Source of the DNA: Nitrososphaerota archaeon | GTDB lineage: Archaea > Thermoproteota > Nitrososphaeria_A > Caldarchaeales > Calditenuaceae | Length of the DNA stretch: 64,000 nucleotides | Assembly: GCA_041641295.1 (NCBI GenBank) | Contig: JBEPYO010000001.1 | Coordinates: 1,312,001 to 1,376,000 of the forward strand | Reading direction: 5' to 3' | Part shown: one piece after another, positions 38,685 through 48,753 of the stretch | Position numbering within the stretch: position 1 is the first letter of the stretch | Layout: each line of letters begins with the position of its first letter | Program-made: the position numbers and the translations under genes | The notes under the pieces: model-generated | Database searches by the model: none | Seen by the model: only the letters and a program-made list of their open reading frames with translations | What the model was told of the DNA's origin: nothing

Positions 38685-38880
38685 CTAAACTCACCCTACA
38701 CTTGGGGCAAACAGATTTTGTATTCTTAAGGTTTCTGAAACAGTCTGTATGGAAAACGGCCCCGCAGTTCCCGCACCTAGAAACCTCGGCGCCATCCTCG
38801 ATGTCTAGTAGGCAGGCGTCACAGCTTGCGACCGTCCAATCCCACATGCCGAGCGACTCGCCGACCCTTATTCTAAGCAA
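38674..38880 (-). CDS. Small C4HC3 RING-finger protein
   Basis: CDAC-x12-CGNC-GAVFH-x2-C-x10-CPKC. Confidence 0.75.
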   Translation of the reverse strand: MLRIRVGESLGMWDWTVASCDACLLDIEDGAEVSRCGNCGAVFHTDCFRNLKNTKSVCPKCRVSLDEQ

Positions 38881-39010
38881 TTCATCCGTAGGAGGGTTGC
38901 ACAGATATATAAAACCCCTCTACCGCCATTCTCTTGACAACTTTCACCAGCTTTAAGGGTATTTATCATGGAGGCTAGGATGTCATAGAGGCGTTAAGGG
39001 CTGGACGGGC

Positions 39011-39499
39011 ATGGGTCTATACTCCCTCTTGAATCAGGTTTGGAGGAGTCGGCCGGAAGAGCTGAAGGCTATTCTCAGGTCTAGGAAGGTTCTCTGGAGA
39101 CGGGAGCCTTCAGTGGTTCGCGTGGAGAGGCCCCTGAGGATTGACCGGGCTAGAAGCATTGGATACAAGGCGAAGCAGGGCTTCGTGGTCTTGAGGGTTA
39201 GAGTTAGGAGGGGAGGTTTCAGCAAGCCTCGTCCGAACTCCGGTAGAAGGCCTAAGGCTCTCGGTACAGTTCTCCACAAAGTCAATGTAACAATGCTTGA
39301 GGAGGCGATAAACAGGGCCAAGAAAAAATATCCAAACCTCTACCCAATCGGCGGCTACCCACTGACCTATGACAGCTTATACAAGTGGTTCGAGGTGATA
39401 ATGGTCGACCCATATCACCCGGCAATAAGAAGCGATCCTGAGATAAAACTCCCCGACCCCCTGCTCAGACGTGTTGAGAAAAAGCTTAAGAAAGAATAA
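39011..39499 (+). CDS. rpl15e: 50S ribosomal protein L15e (eL15)
   Basis: RARSIGYKAKQG, GRRPK, WFEVIMVDP.HPAI. Confidence 0.95.
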   Translation: MGLYSLLNQVWRSRPEELKAILRSRKVLWRREPSVVRVERPLRIDRARSIGYKAKQGFVVLRVRVRRGGFSKPRPNSGRRPKALGTVLHKVNVTMLEEAINRAKKKYPNLYPIGGYPLTYDSLYKWFEVIMVDPYHPAIRSDPEIKLPDPLLRRVEKKLKKE

Positions 39500-39525
39500 A
39501 GCCGTCTATAATCAAACTGGTCCAA

Positions 39526-40809
39526 ATGGCAATAGTGTACGCCCTTGTCTCCAAGACTGAGTTTTGCCTCTCCAGCTTAATGGATCGGATACTCAGACTG
39601 TCTTATCGATGGCCTAGGAACGAGATCTTCGTGGATGGTTCGCGCATCTCGCCCCGCGAATTGTCTGAAGTGAAGGGTAGGGTGGGGTTGGTTGTACATC
39701 ACGCGGGGAAGGGTGTTGTGGAGGAGGGACAGAGCAGTCTTACGGTCCACTTAACACCCTCACGTATCTTGGGGATTAAAGAGCTTGCCGACTCCCCCTT
39801 CTCCTCAGAGATAGAGCTGCGCAGCGGGGAGGTTAGGCTGAGGTCTGGACAGATGGGCTCACCACCCCTATCGTATTATAGCTCAAGCGAGATAGTCACT
39901 GTCTCTTCTCCACCAAACATAGTCCCTCTCCATCACGGGCCGGAACAGATCGTCCCACCTAGCAGCGAGATATTGCTCGGCTTCGACGGTCCTAAAAAAG
40001 TTGAGAAAGATGTCAGCGCTACCTCTCGACCCACCCCTCCCCCAAACCTACTTGATGCATCAGAGCTGCTTTTTGAAGAGTTGATGATGGCGGTTAAACG
40101 ATCTGTTGCGAAGAGATGTGCTGTGCTCTTCTCCGGCGGCATTGACAGCTCACTACTGGTGTGGATGTGTATTAGGCTCGGCCTAGATCCTCTAGCGGTC
40201 TCGGTTGGCTTGGAAGGTTCTCACGACCTCATATTCTCGGAGAGGGCGGCTAGGATTCTTGGTGTTGACTATGTAAGTGTTCCACTGTCTGAACAGGAGG
40301 TAGCCCGCACGTCCAGCTATCTATCGAAAAGCTTGCATCTGGACTCTCCAATGGACAGGGCGCTTGCTGTGCTTGTCTATGAGGGATCTAGGGCTGCGGC
40401 CTCGCATGGACGGAGACAGGTGGTGAGCGGTCAGGGAGCCGACGAATTATTCGGGGGTTACATGAAGTATCTACGCATGGTTGAGAGGGGTGATCTGACT
40501 GGTGTGGAGGAGGAGATGAGGCGAGACCTAGAAGCGCTCTGGCTAAGAGGTCTGCCGCGGGATTATGGATCGGCCGCGTTGGCGGGCTGCCTCTTAACAA
40601 CTCCCTACTTGGATGAACGAATCATTAACAATGCATATAATCTACCGCTTGAATTCAAAATTTCTAGAGGTGTCAGGAAGGTGGTGTTGAGGAGAGTTGC
40701 GAGGCTTGCGGGGCTGCCGGCAGAGCTGGTAGAGAAGGAGAAGAAGGCTGCCCAATATGGTACCGGCATCGAGAAGGCGTTAAGGCGTGTCGAATCTAGG
40801 GCTGGGTGA
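39526..40809 (+). CDS. Asparagine synthetase-like ATP pyrophosphatase
   Basis: FSGGIDSS, SGQGADELFGGY, KKAAQYGTG; no N-terminal catalytic Cys. Confidence 0.82.
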   Translation: MAIVYALVSKTEFCLSSLMDRILRLSYRWPRNEIFVDGSRISPRELSEVKGRVGLVVHHAGKGVVEEGQSSLTVHLTPSRILGIKELADSPFSSEIELRSGEVRLRSGQMGSPPLSYYSSSEIVTVSSPPNIVPLHHGPEQIVPPSSEILLGFDGPKKVEKDVSATSRPTPPPNLLDASELLFEELMMAVKRSVAKRCAVLFSGGIDSSLLVWMCIRLGLDPLAVSVGLEGSHDLIFSERAARILGVDYVSVPLSEQEVARTSSYLSKSLHLDSPMDRALAVLVYEGSRAAASHGRRQVVSGQGADELFGGYMKYLRMVERGDLTGVEEEMRRDLEALWLRGLPRDYGSAALAGCLLTTPYLDERIINNAYNLPLEFKISRGVRKVVLRRVARLAGLPAELVEKEKKAAQYGTGIEKALRRVESRAG

Positions 40810-40815
40810 TGACTT

Positions 40816-41997
40816 ATGAGCAAAGTATCGGTCGCAATATCAGCAGTCTCTCTCGCCCTCGTTGCAATTCTATTCCTTCAAGTCCTTGATTACCAGCAAA
40901 ACTTGACGGCGCTCACTTCTCAAATAGCTAAGCTGGAATCAGCTATAGAGTCTCTTAGAAGAGACCTGCAGGAGGCGAGAGCAGAGATAAGTTCGATTGA
41001 GAATTCCAGGCCAGGTCAGACAACGGTAGTAACAATTCAGTATAATGTGACGCGGGTTTACGAGCTGGTTAAAGACTCTGTGGTAGAGATAAGGACACTC
41101 TATAGGTTTGGAGAATCTGTAGGCTCAGGATTTATCTACGACTCGCAGGGGCACGTAGTCACGAATAATCACGTAGTGGAGGGCGGGTTGGAGTACTATG
41201 TCTACTTTATCGATGGGAGTGCTTATACGGCACGGCTGGTGGGGAGGGACCCTGACACAGACTTAGCGGTCTTGAAGATAGTTACAGGAGATGAGAATAA
41301 GTCATTCAAGCCTTTAAGGCTCGGCAACTCAAGCGCACTCCAGATTGGCGAGCAGATAATCGTGATCGGCAACCCCTTTGAGCTGACAGGCAGCGTTACG
41401 ACCGGCATTGTAAGCCAGAAGGGTAGGCTTTTACCGTCAAGTAGAGGATATCTCATCCCGGGAATAATACAGATTGATGCTGCAGTTAATCCTGGAAACT
41501 CTGGGGGACCCATACTCAATATGAGGGGTGAGGTTGTAGGTGTTGCTACTGCTATAGAGTCGACGACGGGACAGTTCGCGGGGATTGGGTACGCAGTATC
41601 ATCGAACGTCGTGAAACGTATAGTCCCCGCCCTAATAGAGAAGGGCAAATACGTCCACAGTTATCTAGGTATATCCGGTAGGGAGATAGACTCGCTCGTT
41701 GCTAGAGAACTCGGAATCGGAGTGAATAAGGGGTTGCTGGTGGAGAGCGTAGTTCCAAACGGCCCGGCAGATAGAGCCGGTATTAGGGGAGGCTCAAGAA
41801 CCCTAGTTATTGCGGGGAGAGAGTATAGGGTTGGGGGAGATGTTATAGTTGCGATAGATGGTACTGCAATCACCAGTATGGATGACCTGTTGACGTATAT
41901 GGTTGAGAAGACAAGCCCGGGTGATACTGTGTTGCTGACTATTCTTAGGGGTGGTGAGACATTAAAAGTTGCTGTGGTGTTGGGGGAGCGTCCCTAG
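40816..41997 (+). CDS. HtrA/DegP-like serine protease with PDZ domain
   Basis: TNNHVV, DLAVL, GNSGGP, PDZ domain; N-terminal TM helix and coiled coil. Confidence 0.93.
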   Translation: MSKVSVAISAVSLALVAILFLQVLDYQQNLTALTSQIAKLESAIESLRRDLQEARAEISSIENSRPGQTTVVTIQYNVTRVYELVKDSVVEIRTLYRFGESVGSGFIYDSQGHVVTNNHVVEGGLEYYVYFIDGSAYTARLVGRDPDTDLAVLKIVTGDENKSFKPLRLGNSSALQIGEQIIVIGNPFELTGSVTTGIVSQKGRLLPSSRGYLIPGIIQIDAAVNPGNSGGPILNMRGEVVGVATAIESTTGQFAGIGYAVSSNVVKRIVPALIEKGKYVHSYLGISGREIDSLVARELGIGVNKGLLVESVVPNGPADRAGIRGGSRTLVIAGREYRVGGDVIVAIDGTAITSMDDLLTYMVEKTSPGDTVLLTILRGGETLKVAVVLGERP

Positions 41998-44150
41998 AGT
42001 ATTATTAGCCCAATCATGAAGAGCGGTATGAAGACTAGTGAGAGCGTGTTGAGCAGCTTTATCAGGATATGTAGGCTCGGCGCGTAGGTGTCCTTCATTG
42101 GGTCTCCCAGAGTATCGCCTACGACCGCCGCCTTGTGAGCATCTGTGCCCTTCTTTCCACCAATCTCGAGGAGCTTTTTCGCATTATCCATCGCCGCGCC
42201 TCCATAGAACCCCATGATAGCAAGCGGTATCGCAGATATCGTCGCACCTAGGACCAGGGCGCCAACCGCCTTCCAACCCAGCAATATTCCCAGCAGGATC
42301 GGGGAAAGGGTTACGGTCAAAGTGGGTGCAATCATCAGCCTCAACGCCGTTGAAGTGGAGATATCGACACACCTCCCATATTCCGGCCTACCGCTCCCAT
42401 CCATTATACCTGGTATCGTTGCAAACTGTCTCCTCACCTCCTCCACCATGCGGTATGCGCCGCTGGCCACAGCGTTCATCGCCTGACCCGAGAAGAGGAA
42501 TGGAATCATACCGCCTATGAAGAGTCCGATGACCACGGCCGGAGAGTTGAGCTGGAGACCTGAGCTGAGCTCCTCGACGCTCTCTAAGAGGCTCTCAGCC
42601 TCCTGCGGCCCTATGTGTACCAGCTCATAGATGCCTGCCATATATCTCGCCACTTCGAGGAGGAAGGCTTGGAATAGAAGTAGGGCCGCCAGAGCCGCTG
42701 AGCCCATCGCATAAGACTTTGTGAGCGCCTTGGTCGTGTTGCCCAGCGCGTCAAGAGGCTCAAGCCTCTCTCTAATAGCCGGTTCAGCGTTAGCCATCTC
42801 CGCTATTCCTCCAGCATTATCCACTATCGGCCCCACACCATCCATGGTCAAGATGAACCCCGCGGTTGAGAGCATTCCCATGGTTGCCATGGTTGTCCCA
42901 TAGATTCCCCCGAGTAGTGGGTCTCCGAGGCCAGAAAGACTAGACCAGTAGCTGCCGAGAATAAACGACAAGGCCACAGCCACGACAACGGTAGCAACGG
43001 GAAGCATTGACGAGATCATGCCAGTCGATATCCCAGTCATCGCGGTAAGGGCTGGGCCTGACTGAGAGCTCTGCGCAATAGTTGAGACGTATCTAGATTT
43101 TAATCCTGTGTAAAACTCGCTATAAAACATTATCAAGATGCCCGCAACTAGACCGATGAGCATGGTAACGTAAAGCGGCAGGCCCTGAGGGCCGAATATG
43201 AACCAGCTGGCCAGATACATCATGATAGCCGCTAATATGCCGGTAACTATCAGGCCTTCCCGCAGCGGCCCAATCGCCTCTTTGAACCCCCGCTTCGAGA
43301 CAGCCCAAAAGACTCCAACAAAAGTGGCTATAACTCCGAGGGCTCTAATGATGAGTGGTGTGACAACATACAACTCATTGATACCGTTAAACAACACTAT
43401 AGACACTACAAGCGCTATTATCATTCCCCCAAGGTTCTCGGCCGTGACCGACTCGAAGAGGTCAGCTCCCCTGCCCGCCTCGTCTCCAACATTGTCGCCA
43501 ACCAAGTCGGCTATGACTGCAGGATTTCTAGGATCGTCCTCCGGGATGCCTGCCTCCACTTTTCCCACGAGGTCTGCGCCAATGTCGGCGCTCTTCGTGT
43601 AGATCCCACCGCCTAGCTGGGCGAATAGTGCGGCCAAGCTAGCTCCGAACCCGAAGCCGGCCAAGAGCCCCGGGTCCCTGAAAACTACATAGAGGATAGA
43701 GAGGCCCAGAAGGCTCATCGCGATCACTGCGAGACCCAGCGAGGCTCCTCCGAGTGTCGCAACTCTCAGCGCCTGAACGCTGCCCTGAAACGCCGCATAT
43801 GTTGTCCTCACATTGGCCCTCGTCGCCGCATCCATTGCTATAAACGCCGCGATAAGGGAGAAGCAGACGCCAAGTAGGAAGCTGCCGGCCATAGCGATAC
43901 CATACCTCAGCCCGCCCAGCTGTGGGAAGATGGAGAAGCTGCCCAGAATCAGGACCGCCAGAGCAGCTGCAATAATGGCGATAGTCCTGAACTGCCTCCT
44001 AAGATACGCACTAGACCCCTCCCGGATAGCACGCCAAATAGCAACAAAGCTCTCAGGCCCCTTAGGGAGCCTCTCCACATAGACGATGAGGAGGACCGAA
44101 GCAATAGCACCCAGCGACCCCACTGTAACCGTAAAGACTAGTGGATCCAT
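41994..44150 (-). CDS. hppA: Membrane H+-translocating pyrophosphatase (K+-independent signature)
   Basis: DIGADLVGKVE, EDDPRNP, GNTTKA (Lys signature), GDPMKDT. Confidence 0.95.
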   Translation of the reverse strand: MDPLVFTVTVGSLGAIASVLLIVYVERLPKGPESFVAIWRAIREGSSAYLRRQFRTIAIIAAALAVLILGSFSIFPQLGGLRYGIAMAGSFLLGVCFSLIAAFIAMDAATRANVRTTYAAFQGSVQALRVATLGGASLGLAVIAMSLLGLSILYVVFRDPGLLAGFGFGASLAALFAQLGGGIYTKSADIGADLVGKVEAGIPEDDPRNPAVIADLVGDNVGDEAGRGADLFESVTAENLGGMIIALVVSIVLFNGINELYVVTPLIIRALGVIATFVGVFWAVSKRGFKEAIGPLREGLIVTGILAAIMMYLASWFIFGPQGLPLYVTMLIGLVAGILIMFYSEFYTGLKSRYVSTIAQSSQSGPALTAMTGISTGMISSMLPVATVVVAVALSFILGSYWSSLSGLGDPLLGGIYGTTMATMGMLSTAGFILTMDGVGPIVDNAGGIAEMANAEPAIRERLEPLDALGNTTKALTKSYAMGSAALAALLLFQAFLLEVARYMAGIYELVHIGPQEAESLLESVEELSSGLQLNSPAVVIGLFIGGMIPFLFSGQAMNAVASGAYRMVEEVRRQFATIPGIMDGSGRPEYGRCVDISTSTALRLMIAPTLTVTLSPILLGILLGWKAVGALVLGATISAIPLAIMGFYGGAAMDNAKKLLEIGGKKGTDAHKAAVVGDTLGDPMKDTYAPSLHILIKLLNTLSLVFIPLFMIGLIIL

Positions 44151-44357
44151 AGCACATTACCTTAAACTATAGGGGAAGTATATAGAGGCAATCTCCACCG
44201 ACGAGCTCTAGTTGAACGCCTCTCCCGCAGTTAAGAAGAAGTCGAACTTCCTGATTAGTAACTCATACGTAAAAATTCATGAAGTATTATGCATTATAAA
44301 GGAAAAAAATAAATTTTAGCATAACATTGGAGAATCGAAGGAGGTGTTTGAAAAAAT

Positions 44358-44897
44358 ATGCAGTCGAGTAAATGGGCTTCACGCTTTATAGGAGCAGCGA
44401 TCGTCCAAGGAGCAATCGCCACGCTGATTACCCTATACATCGTCATCGGGCAGGTTTTCTTCCTGAAACCTGAGCCCAGCCGAGTCATAGCATTCGGGTC
44501 GGCCGGTATGTGGTTTACGATGGGCTATGTGACGTATCTCATAGTCGGCGTTATGGGTGTCGCCGTCACAGCGCTCTTCTACCACTATATTGAATCGGTC
44601 TTGGGGAAGCCATATACAGGACTCGCCGACAAGCTAGCCTGGGCCCATCTGGTCTTGATGAACATTGGGGTAATTGGCGCGACTGGCCTGATGATGCTGG
44701 GCGGATACCTCGGTGGGGCCTCGATGCTTCCACCGGAGGTGGGTGGCAAGGGATGGAACCCCGGACAGGTTCACACGAACGTCTTCTACAGCATACCGAT
44801 GGGGTATCCCTTCTGGATAACAGTATTCATAATACTGCTCGCCCTCGGAGTGCTATTAGGCGGCCTCGGATACGTCATCAGATGGAGGAGCAAATAA
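44358..44897 (+). CDS. Four-TM hypothetical membrane protein
   Basis: Four hydrophobic helices, AWAHLVLMN; AT-rich upstream region. Confidence 0.7.
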   Translation: MQSSKWASRFIGAAIVQGAIATLITLYIVIGQVFFLKPEPSRVIAFGSAGMWFTMGYVTYLIVGVMGVAVTALFYHYIESVLGKPYTGLADKLAWAHLVLMNIGVIGATGLMMLGGYLGGASMLPPEVGGKGWNPGQVHTNVFYSIPMGYPFWITVFIILLALGVLLGGLGYVIRWRSK

Positions 44898-45049
44898 TCG
44901 AACCTGAAAAACAAGCGACCAAAATCACCCGGCAATCTATTCAAAATTTTATTAGCTCAGGAACTACTCGTTAATTGAACTCTATCCATTAACACCGGAT
45001 ACCGACACAAAAATTTTCATCTCCATCCATACTATCTCCGAGTAGAAGT

Positions 45050-45123
45050 TGGGCCCGGTGGGATTCGAACCCACGACCTACCGGTTATGAGCCGGCCGCT
45101 CCACCTGGCTGAGCTACGGGCCC
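45050..45123 (-). tRNA. tRNA with CAT anticodon, most likely tRNA-Ile2 (agmatidine type)
   Basis: GGGCCCG acceptor typical of archaeal Ile tRNAs, anticodon loop CTCATAA, GTTCGAATC. Confidence 0.92.
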
Positions 45124-45233
45124 GTCGCAGCAGCCCTCTCAGCTATAATTTTCTACTGGGAGTAATTTAAGGTATCGCGTTCTTAGGCTCAGTAAAGCTT
45201 TAGTGGCGGGCTTGTCTTCTGCAGTGGGAAGTT

Positions 45234-46967
45234 ATGAGGCGTGAGGATAGTAAGTCCGAGATAGCCTCTATCTTGAGGGCGGTTTCCTCACCCATCAGAC
45301 TCTCAATCATCGAGGCCCTGAACACGTCACAGATGAACTTCTCCGAGTTGATAAAATATGCCGGTTTAAGCGAGCGGGGCGATGTGGGAAAATTTACATA
45401 CCATCTTAAGACAATGCTGAGGGCAGGTCTCATTGAATATTCAAGCAAGTCTCGTGTGTACTCACTAACGCCTCTCGGAAGGAGAGTGGTGGAGGTAGTG
45501 CATAGCCTTCAACGTAAGTCTGTGTCGGGCGAGTTAGTGATGCTTAGCTGGGACTACTCACTGGAGCCAATCAACAGAAACATCATAGCCGAACAACTCG
45601 TGGAGGCGGTTCAAATCCCCGCAGACCTAGCCCGCAGGGTGGGAATCCTAGTCGAGAAGAGGTTAGTGGAGTTGCAGACACTTATGATCCCCAAATGGCT
45701 TGTTGAAGATCTCATCAGAATAGAGCTACTCTCCAGCAATATTGAGCTGGAGAAGATATCAAACGTCATGCCATCAGGCCCCACGATCAGGGAGCTCCAC
45801 AACGCTTTTCACAGATCCACTGAAGTTAAAAGTCTGAAGCCGCTAAACAACTACATCTTTGACACAGTCATGAGGACACTGATTGTTGAGAAACTCTTCC
45901 CAAAACAGCTTAAACAACACTATTGTCTGGGAGAACTCGACCTGTATCCCTTATCCCGAGGCCCCACACAAATCTTCAGCATCTCACTCGCCGAATATGA
46001 CGAGAGTGTTATCCCAAGAGTTTTTGAGCTGGTGTACAACGACGTTGTTATACAACCGGGTGTCGACTTAGAATTAAGGCATTATCCAATCTCTTCCTAC
46101 TCTTTTCCCGGGGACATCTACATTCTAATCGAGGGGGCTCCCCAAATTATAGCCCAACACTCCGAAAAATGGTGGAATGGTCATAGGGCTGGTGAGGTCT
46201 TAAAGAGATGTGAGTGGGCGGACAAGGTGAGTCTAGGATTGCCTGTGCGGGATTCAAGCCCGATTGTCTACACCCTCTATCGAGGTGATAAGACCCTCTT
46301 CACACAATACGTCATCAAGACTTATGTTTCGGGGGGTTTTGGGGTTCACTCCTTCATCGGTCTAAACCTTTTGCGACTGTTAGATAATAACGTGTTCGAT
46401 GAGTCTATAATGCTTCAAAGGGTGTCTCCGATTCTTGAAAGGCTGGGCAGATACTTGGAGCGGTGTACCAATTATCTCTACAAGTTCCATAAGGATGCTC
46501 CGAGGATGCAGCTGCTCTATTTACTGGCTCCTGTGGGCTTGGTCGAGGCTATGAGGTCGTTGTTAACACGGTCAAACAGTATGGAGGAGGTATACCATTT
46601 GTTAGCTAGCGTCATGGGGTGTCTGGCAAGGGCTGTCAACAGTGTTTCATCTCTCCGGGGAAGAGTCGTGATAGCCTCGAGCTGGCCACAGCAGTTATCA
46701 GATAGGCTCTACTCAATCGATAAGGTTCTTGCGACTAACGGTCTCTCCCCTACCGCGGAAATAAGAGAGCCGTTAAACCGTTACTGCAACGATCTCTCAG
46801 AAATATTTTTAGCACTGAATCTAGATCGTCTGCAAGATCTTGTTCAGCTATTAGGTGGGATGGTGTTGGAGGATGTGGTGGTGGAAAGGCTCGCGGAGCT
46901 ACATGGGAGAGAGCCTATAATGGATCTATTACAGTCGCTCCCCATACTGCTGAGAACTCAGTCTTAG
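45234..46967 (+). CDS. ArsR-type HTH fused to ATP-cone-like and degenerate NrdD-like domains
   Basis: SSPIRLSII, GKFTYHL; LEPINRNII...ARRV (ATP-cone-like); GLNLLRL and VGLVEAM resemble NrdD strands. Confidence 0.6.
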   Translation: MRREDSKSEIASILRAVSSPIRLSIIEALNTSQMNFSELIKYAGLSERGDVGKFTYHLKTMLRAGLIEYSSKSRVYSLTPLGRRVVEVVHSLQRKSVSGELVMLSWDYSLEPINRNIIAEQLVEAVQIPADLARRVGILVEKRLVELQTLMIPKWLVEDLIRIELLSSNIELEKISNVMPSGPTIRELHNAFHRSTEVKSLKPLNNYIFDTVMRTLIVEKLFPKQLKQHYCLGELDLYPLSRGPTQIFSISLAEYDESVIPRVFELVYNDVVIQPGVDLELRHYPISSYSFPGDIYILIEGAPQIIAQHSEKWWNGHRAGEVLKRCEWADKVSLGLPVRDSSPIVYTLYRGDKTLFTQYVIKTYVSGGFGVHSFIGLNLLRLLDNNVFDESIMLQRVSPILERLGRYLERCTNYLYKFHKDAPRMQLLYLLAPVGLVEAMRSLLTRSNSMEEVYHLLASVMGCLARAVNSVSSLRGRVVIASSWPQQLSDRLYSIDKVLATNGLSPTAEIREPLNRYCNDLSEIFLALNLDRLQDLVQLLGGMVLEDVVVERLAELHGREPIMDLLQSLPILLRTQS

Positions 46968-46973
46968 GCAGGT

Positions 46974-47348
46974 TCAGGTCTTCTGCGTCCTAAGGCTCAT
47001 TATAGCGCGAGCTAGGTCTCCTCCAGACTCTATGAGGGCTCTCCTAGCCTCATCTGGCTCAACGCCTGCTTGGGCTGCGACTAGTGCTATATCCTCTGGG
47101 CTCGGCTCGTATGCGGGCTTTCCCAGCTCTTCTTTTTGAGGCTCAAACTCTTCCCCACCCACGATCTGGTATATTCTACCGGCCTGAGAGTTAATGGCCA
47201 CGACAGCGGGTCCACTAATTTTGATTGTCCTGTCTTGAAGCTCTATTGTGACTTCTTTTGCAAGTCCCAGCTCCTCCATTGAAACCCCCAGACTGCTAAG
47301 CATTCTCTCCTGCATCCTTCTTAACTCTCGTGGACTAGGTCTTCTCAC
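46974..47348 (-). CDS. nac: Nascent polypeptide-associated complex protein
   Basis: YQIVG, EDIALVA.QAGV...EAR.AL....GDLA.AI. Confidence 0.92.
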   Translation of the reverse strand: MRRPSPRELRRMQERMLSSLGVSMEELGLAKEVTIELQDRTIKISGPAVVAINSQAGRIYQIVGGEEFEPQKEELGKPAYEPSPEDIALVAAQAGVEPDEARRALIESGGDLARAIMSLRTQKT

Positions 47349-47446
47349 TTCCGCAGCGACATACAGTTTATCGTCGGCATGATATATGGTTTTTAGTCGT
47401 GAGGGAGGAAATACTTATCAAGCTTAGAGTGAAATAATATGTTGGG

Positions 47447-48712
47447 TTGACTCAAGTCTCTGACCTTTATGCCTTCATACCCGTAGGGGGAGTAGCTAAG
47501 AGGCTTCAGCCCCTAACCCTCGAGGTGTCTAAAGCCCTAGTGAGGTTTCTAGGGAGACCACTTATCGAGTATACAATTATCCACCTAGCACAGCAGGGGA
47601 TTAGGAACTTCATCTTCGGTGTGAAGGGGTATATAAATTATCGCTCTCTCTTCGATTATTTCCAAGAGGGGCATGGAATCTCCCTAAAATACGGAATCAC
47701 GCCGAGAATTTCTATAAAATATCAGCCAAACATAGATGATGTTGGAAACGCCGACAGCTTTCTTATCAACTTGGACTATTATGACATAAACACTCCTGTC
47801 CTAGTTGCACAAGGTGATAATATCTTCAACCTAGATTTGAAGGCTTTATTGGCTTTTCATGAGGAGAACTCGGCATTCGTCACAGTTGGTGTTAAGCGTG
47901 TAGCAGACCCATCTGCCTACGGGGTGGTTGAGGTGGATGGTAAGGGCAGGGTTAATGGATTTGTGGAGAAGCCCCCACGTGGCGAGGAGCCATCAAACCT
48001 AGCCAGCACGGGAGTCTATCTCTTCTCACCAGACGTTAGGCGTATCTGTTTAGACCCTGAAGTCAGGGCGAGGAAGGCCACCCTTCGGCGCCTTGACTTC
48101 GGATTAGATCTTATCCCCTACCTCATCAAGAAAGGGTATCGAGTGTATGCCTACGAGATGAGGGGCGAGTGGTATGATGTTGGAACGCCCGAGCTCTATC
48201 TCGAGTCGATGATGCGCATTATGAATAGTGGCTTGATGAACATTTTTTTCGGCGAGCCAACATACGAGTCGGGGGGCTCCAAGCTCTGGATACTCGGTCA
48301 GAGCCTGGCGTCGATGCGCAGGAGGGATGAGATTCTCAGGAAGGTGAAGGAGGGGAAAATCAAGATTGATGGCAATGTCCTCATTGGTAGGCATTGCCAG
48401 ATTGGTGACGACGTAATCATTGGCGACGCATATATTGATAACTATTGTTTCATCGGGGATGGTGTAACAATTGAGAGGTCAGCGCTTCATGACCGAGTTT
48501 ATGTGGGTGAGGGTGCCTATATACAGGATTCAATAATTGCGCGTCACGTGAAGATATTATCTTCGAGAATCGAGCCCACCGTGATTCTAGGCGTAAGCGT
48601 TGTTGGAGACAACTCGGTAATCGAGAAGGGCTCAGTTCTCACTAATGCCCGGATAGAGCCCCACTCCCACGTCTCACGGGAGGCAGTAATCGCGAAGAGG
48701 GAGACCGCCTAG
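47447..48712 (+). CDS. Sugar-phosphate nucleotidylyltransferase (NDP-sugar synthase)
   Basis: GG.AKRL.PLT, FVEKP, W.DVGTP, C-terminal hexapeptide beta-helix. Confidence 0.88.
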   Translation: MTQVSDLYAFIPVGGVAKRLQPLTLEVSKALVRFLGRPLIEYTIIHLAQQGIRNFIFGVKGYINYRSLFDYFQEGHGISLKYGITPRISIKYQPNIDDVGNADSFLINLDYYDINTPVLVAQGDNIFNLDLKALLAFHEENSAFVTVGVKRVADPSAYGVVEVDGKGRVNGFVEKPPRGEEPSNLASTGVYLFSPDVRRICLDPEVRARKATLRRLDFGLDLIPYLIKKGYRVYAYEMRGEWYDVGTPELYLESMMRIMNSGLMNIFFGEPTYESGGSKLWILGQSLASMRRRDEILRKVKEGKIKIDGNVLIGRHCQIGDDVIIGDAYIDNYCFIGDGVTIERSALHDRVYVGEGAYIQDSIIARHVKILSSRIEPTVILGVSVVGDNSVIEKGSVLTNARIEPHSHVSREAVIAKRETA

Positions 48713-48753
48713 GGACTAGTCGCATCCTGCCACGAGATACAATTAAAGGGGTT

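Noticed and set aside
45050-45123. tRNA-Met (initiator or elongator)
   Set aside because: Lacks the A1-U72 initiator pair, and the acceptor stem matches archaeal Ile tRNAs.
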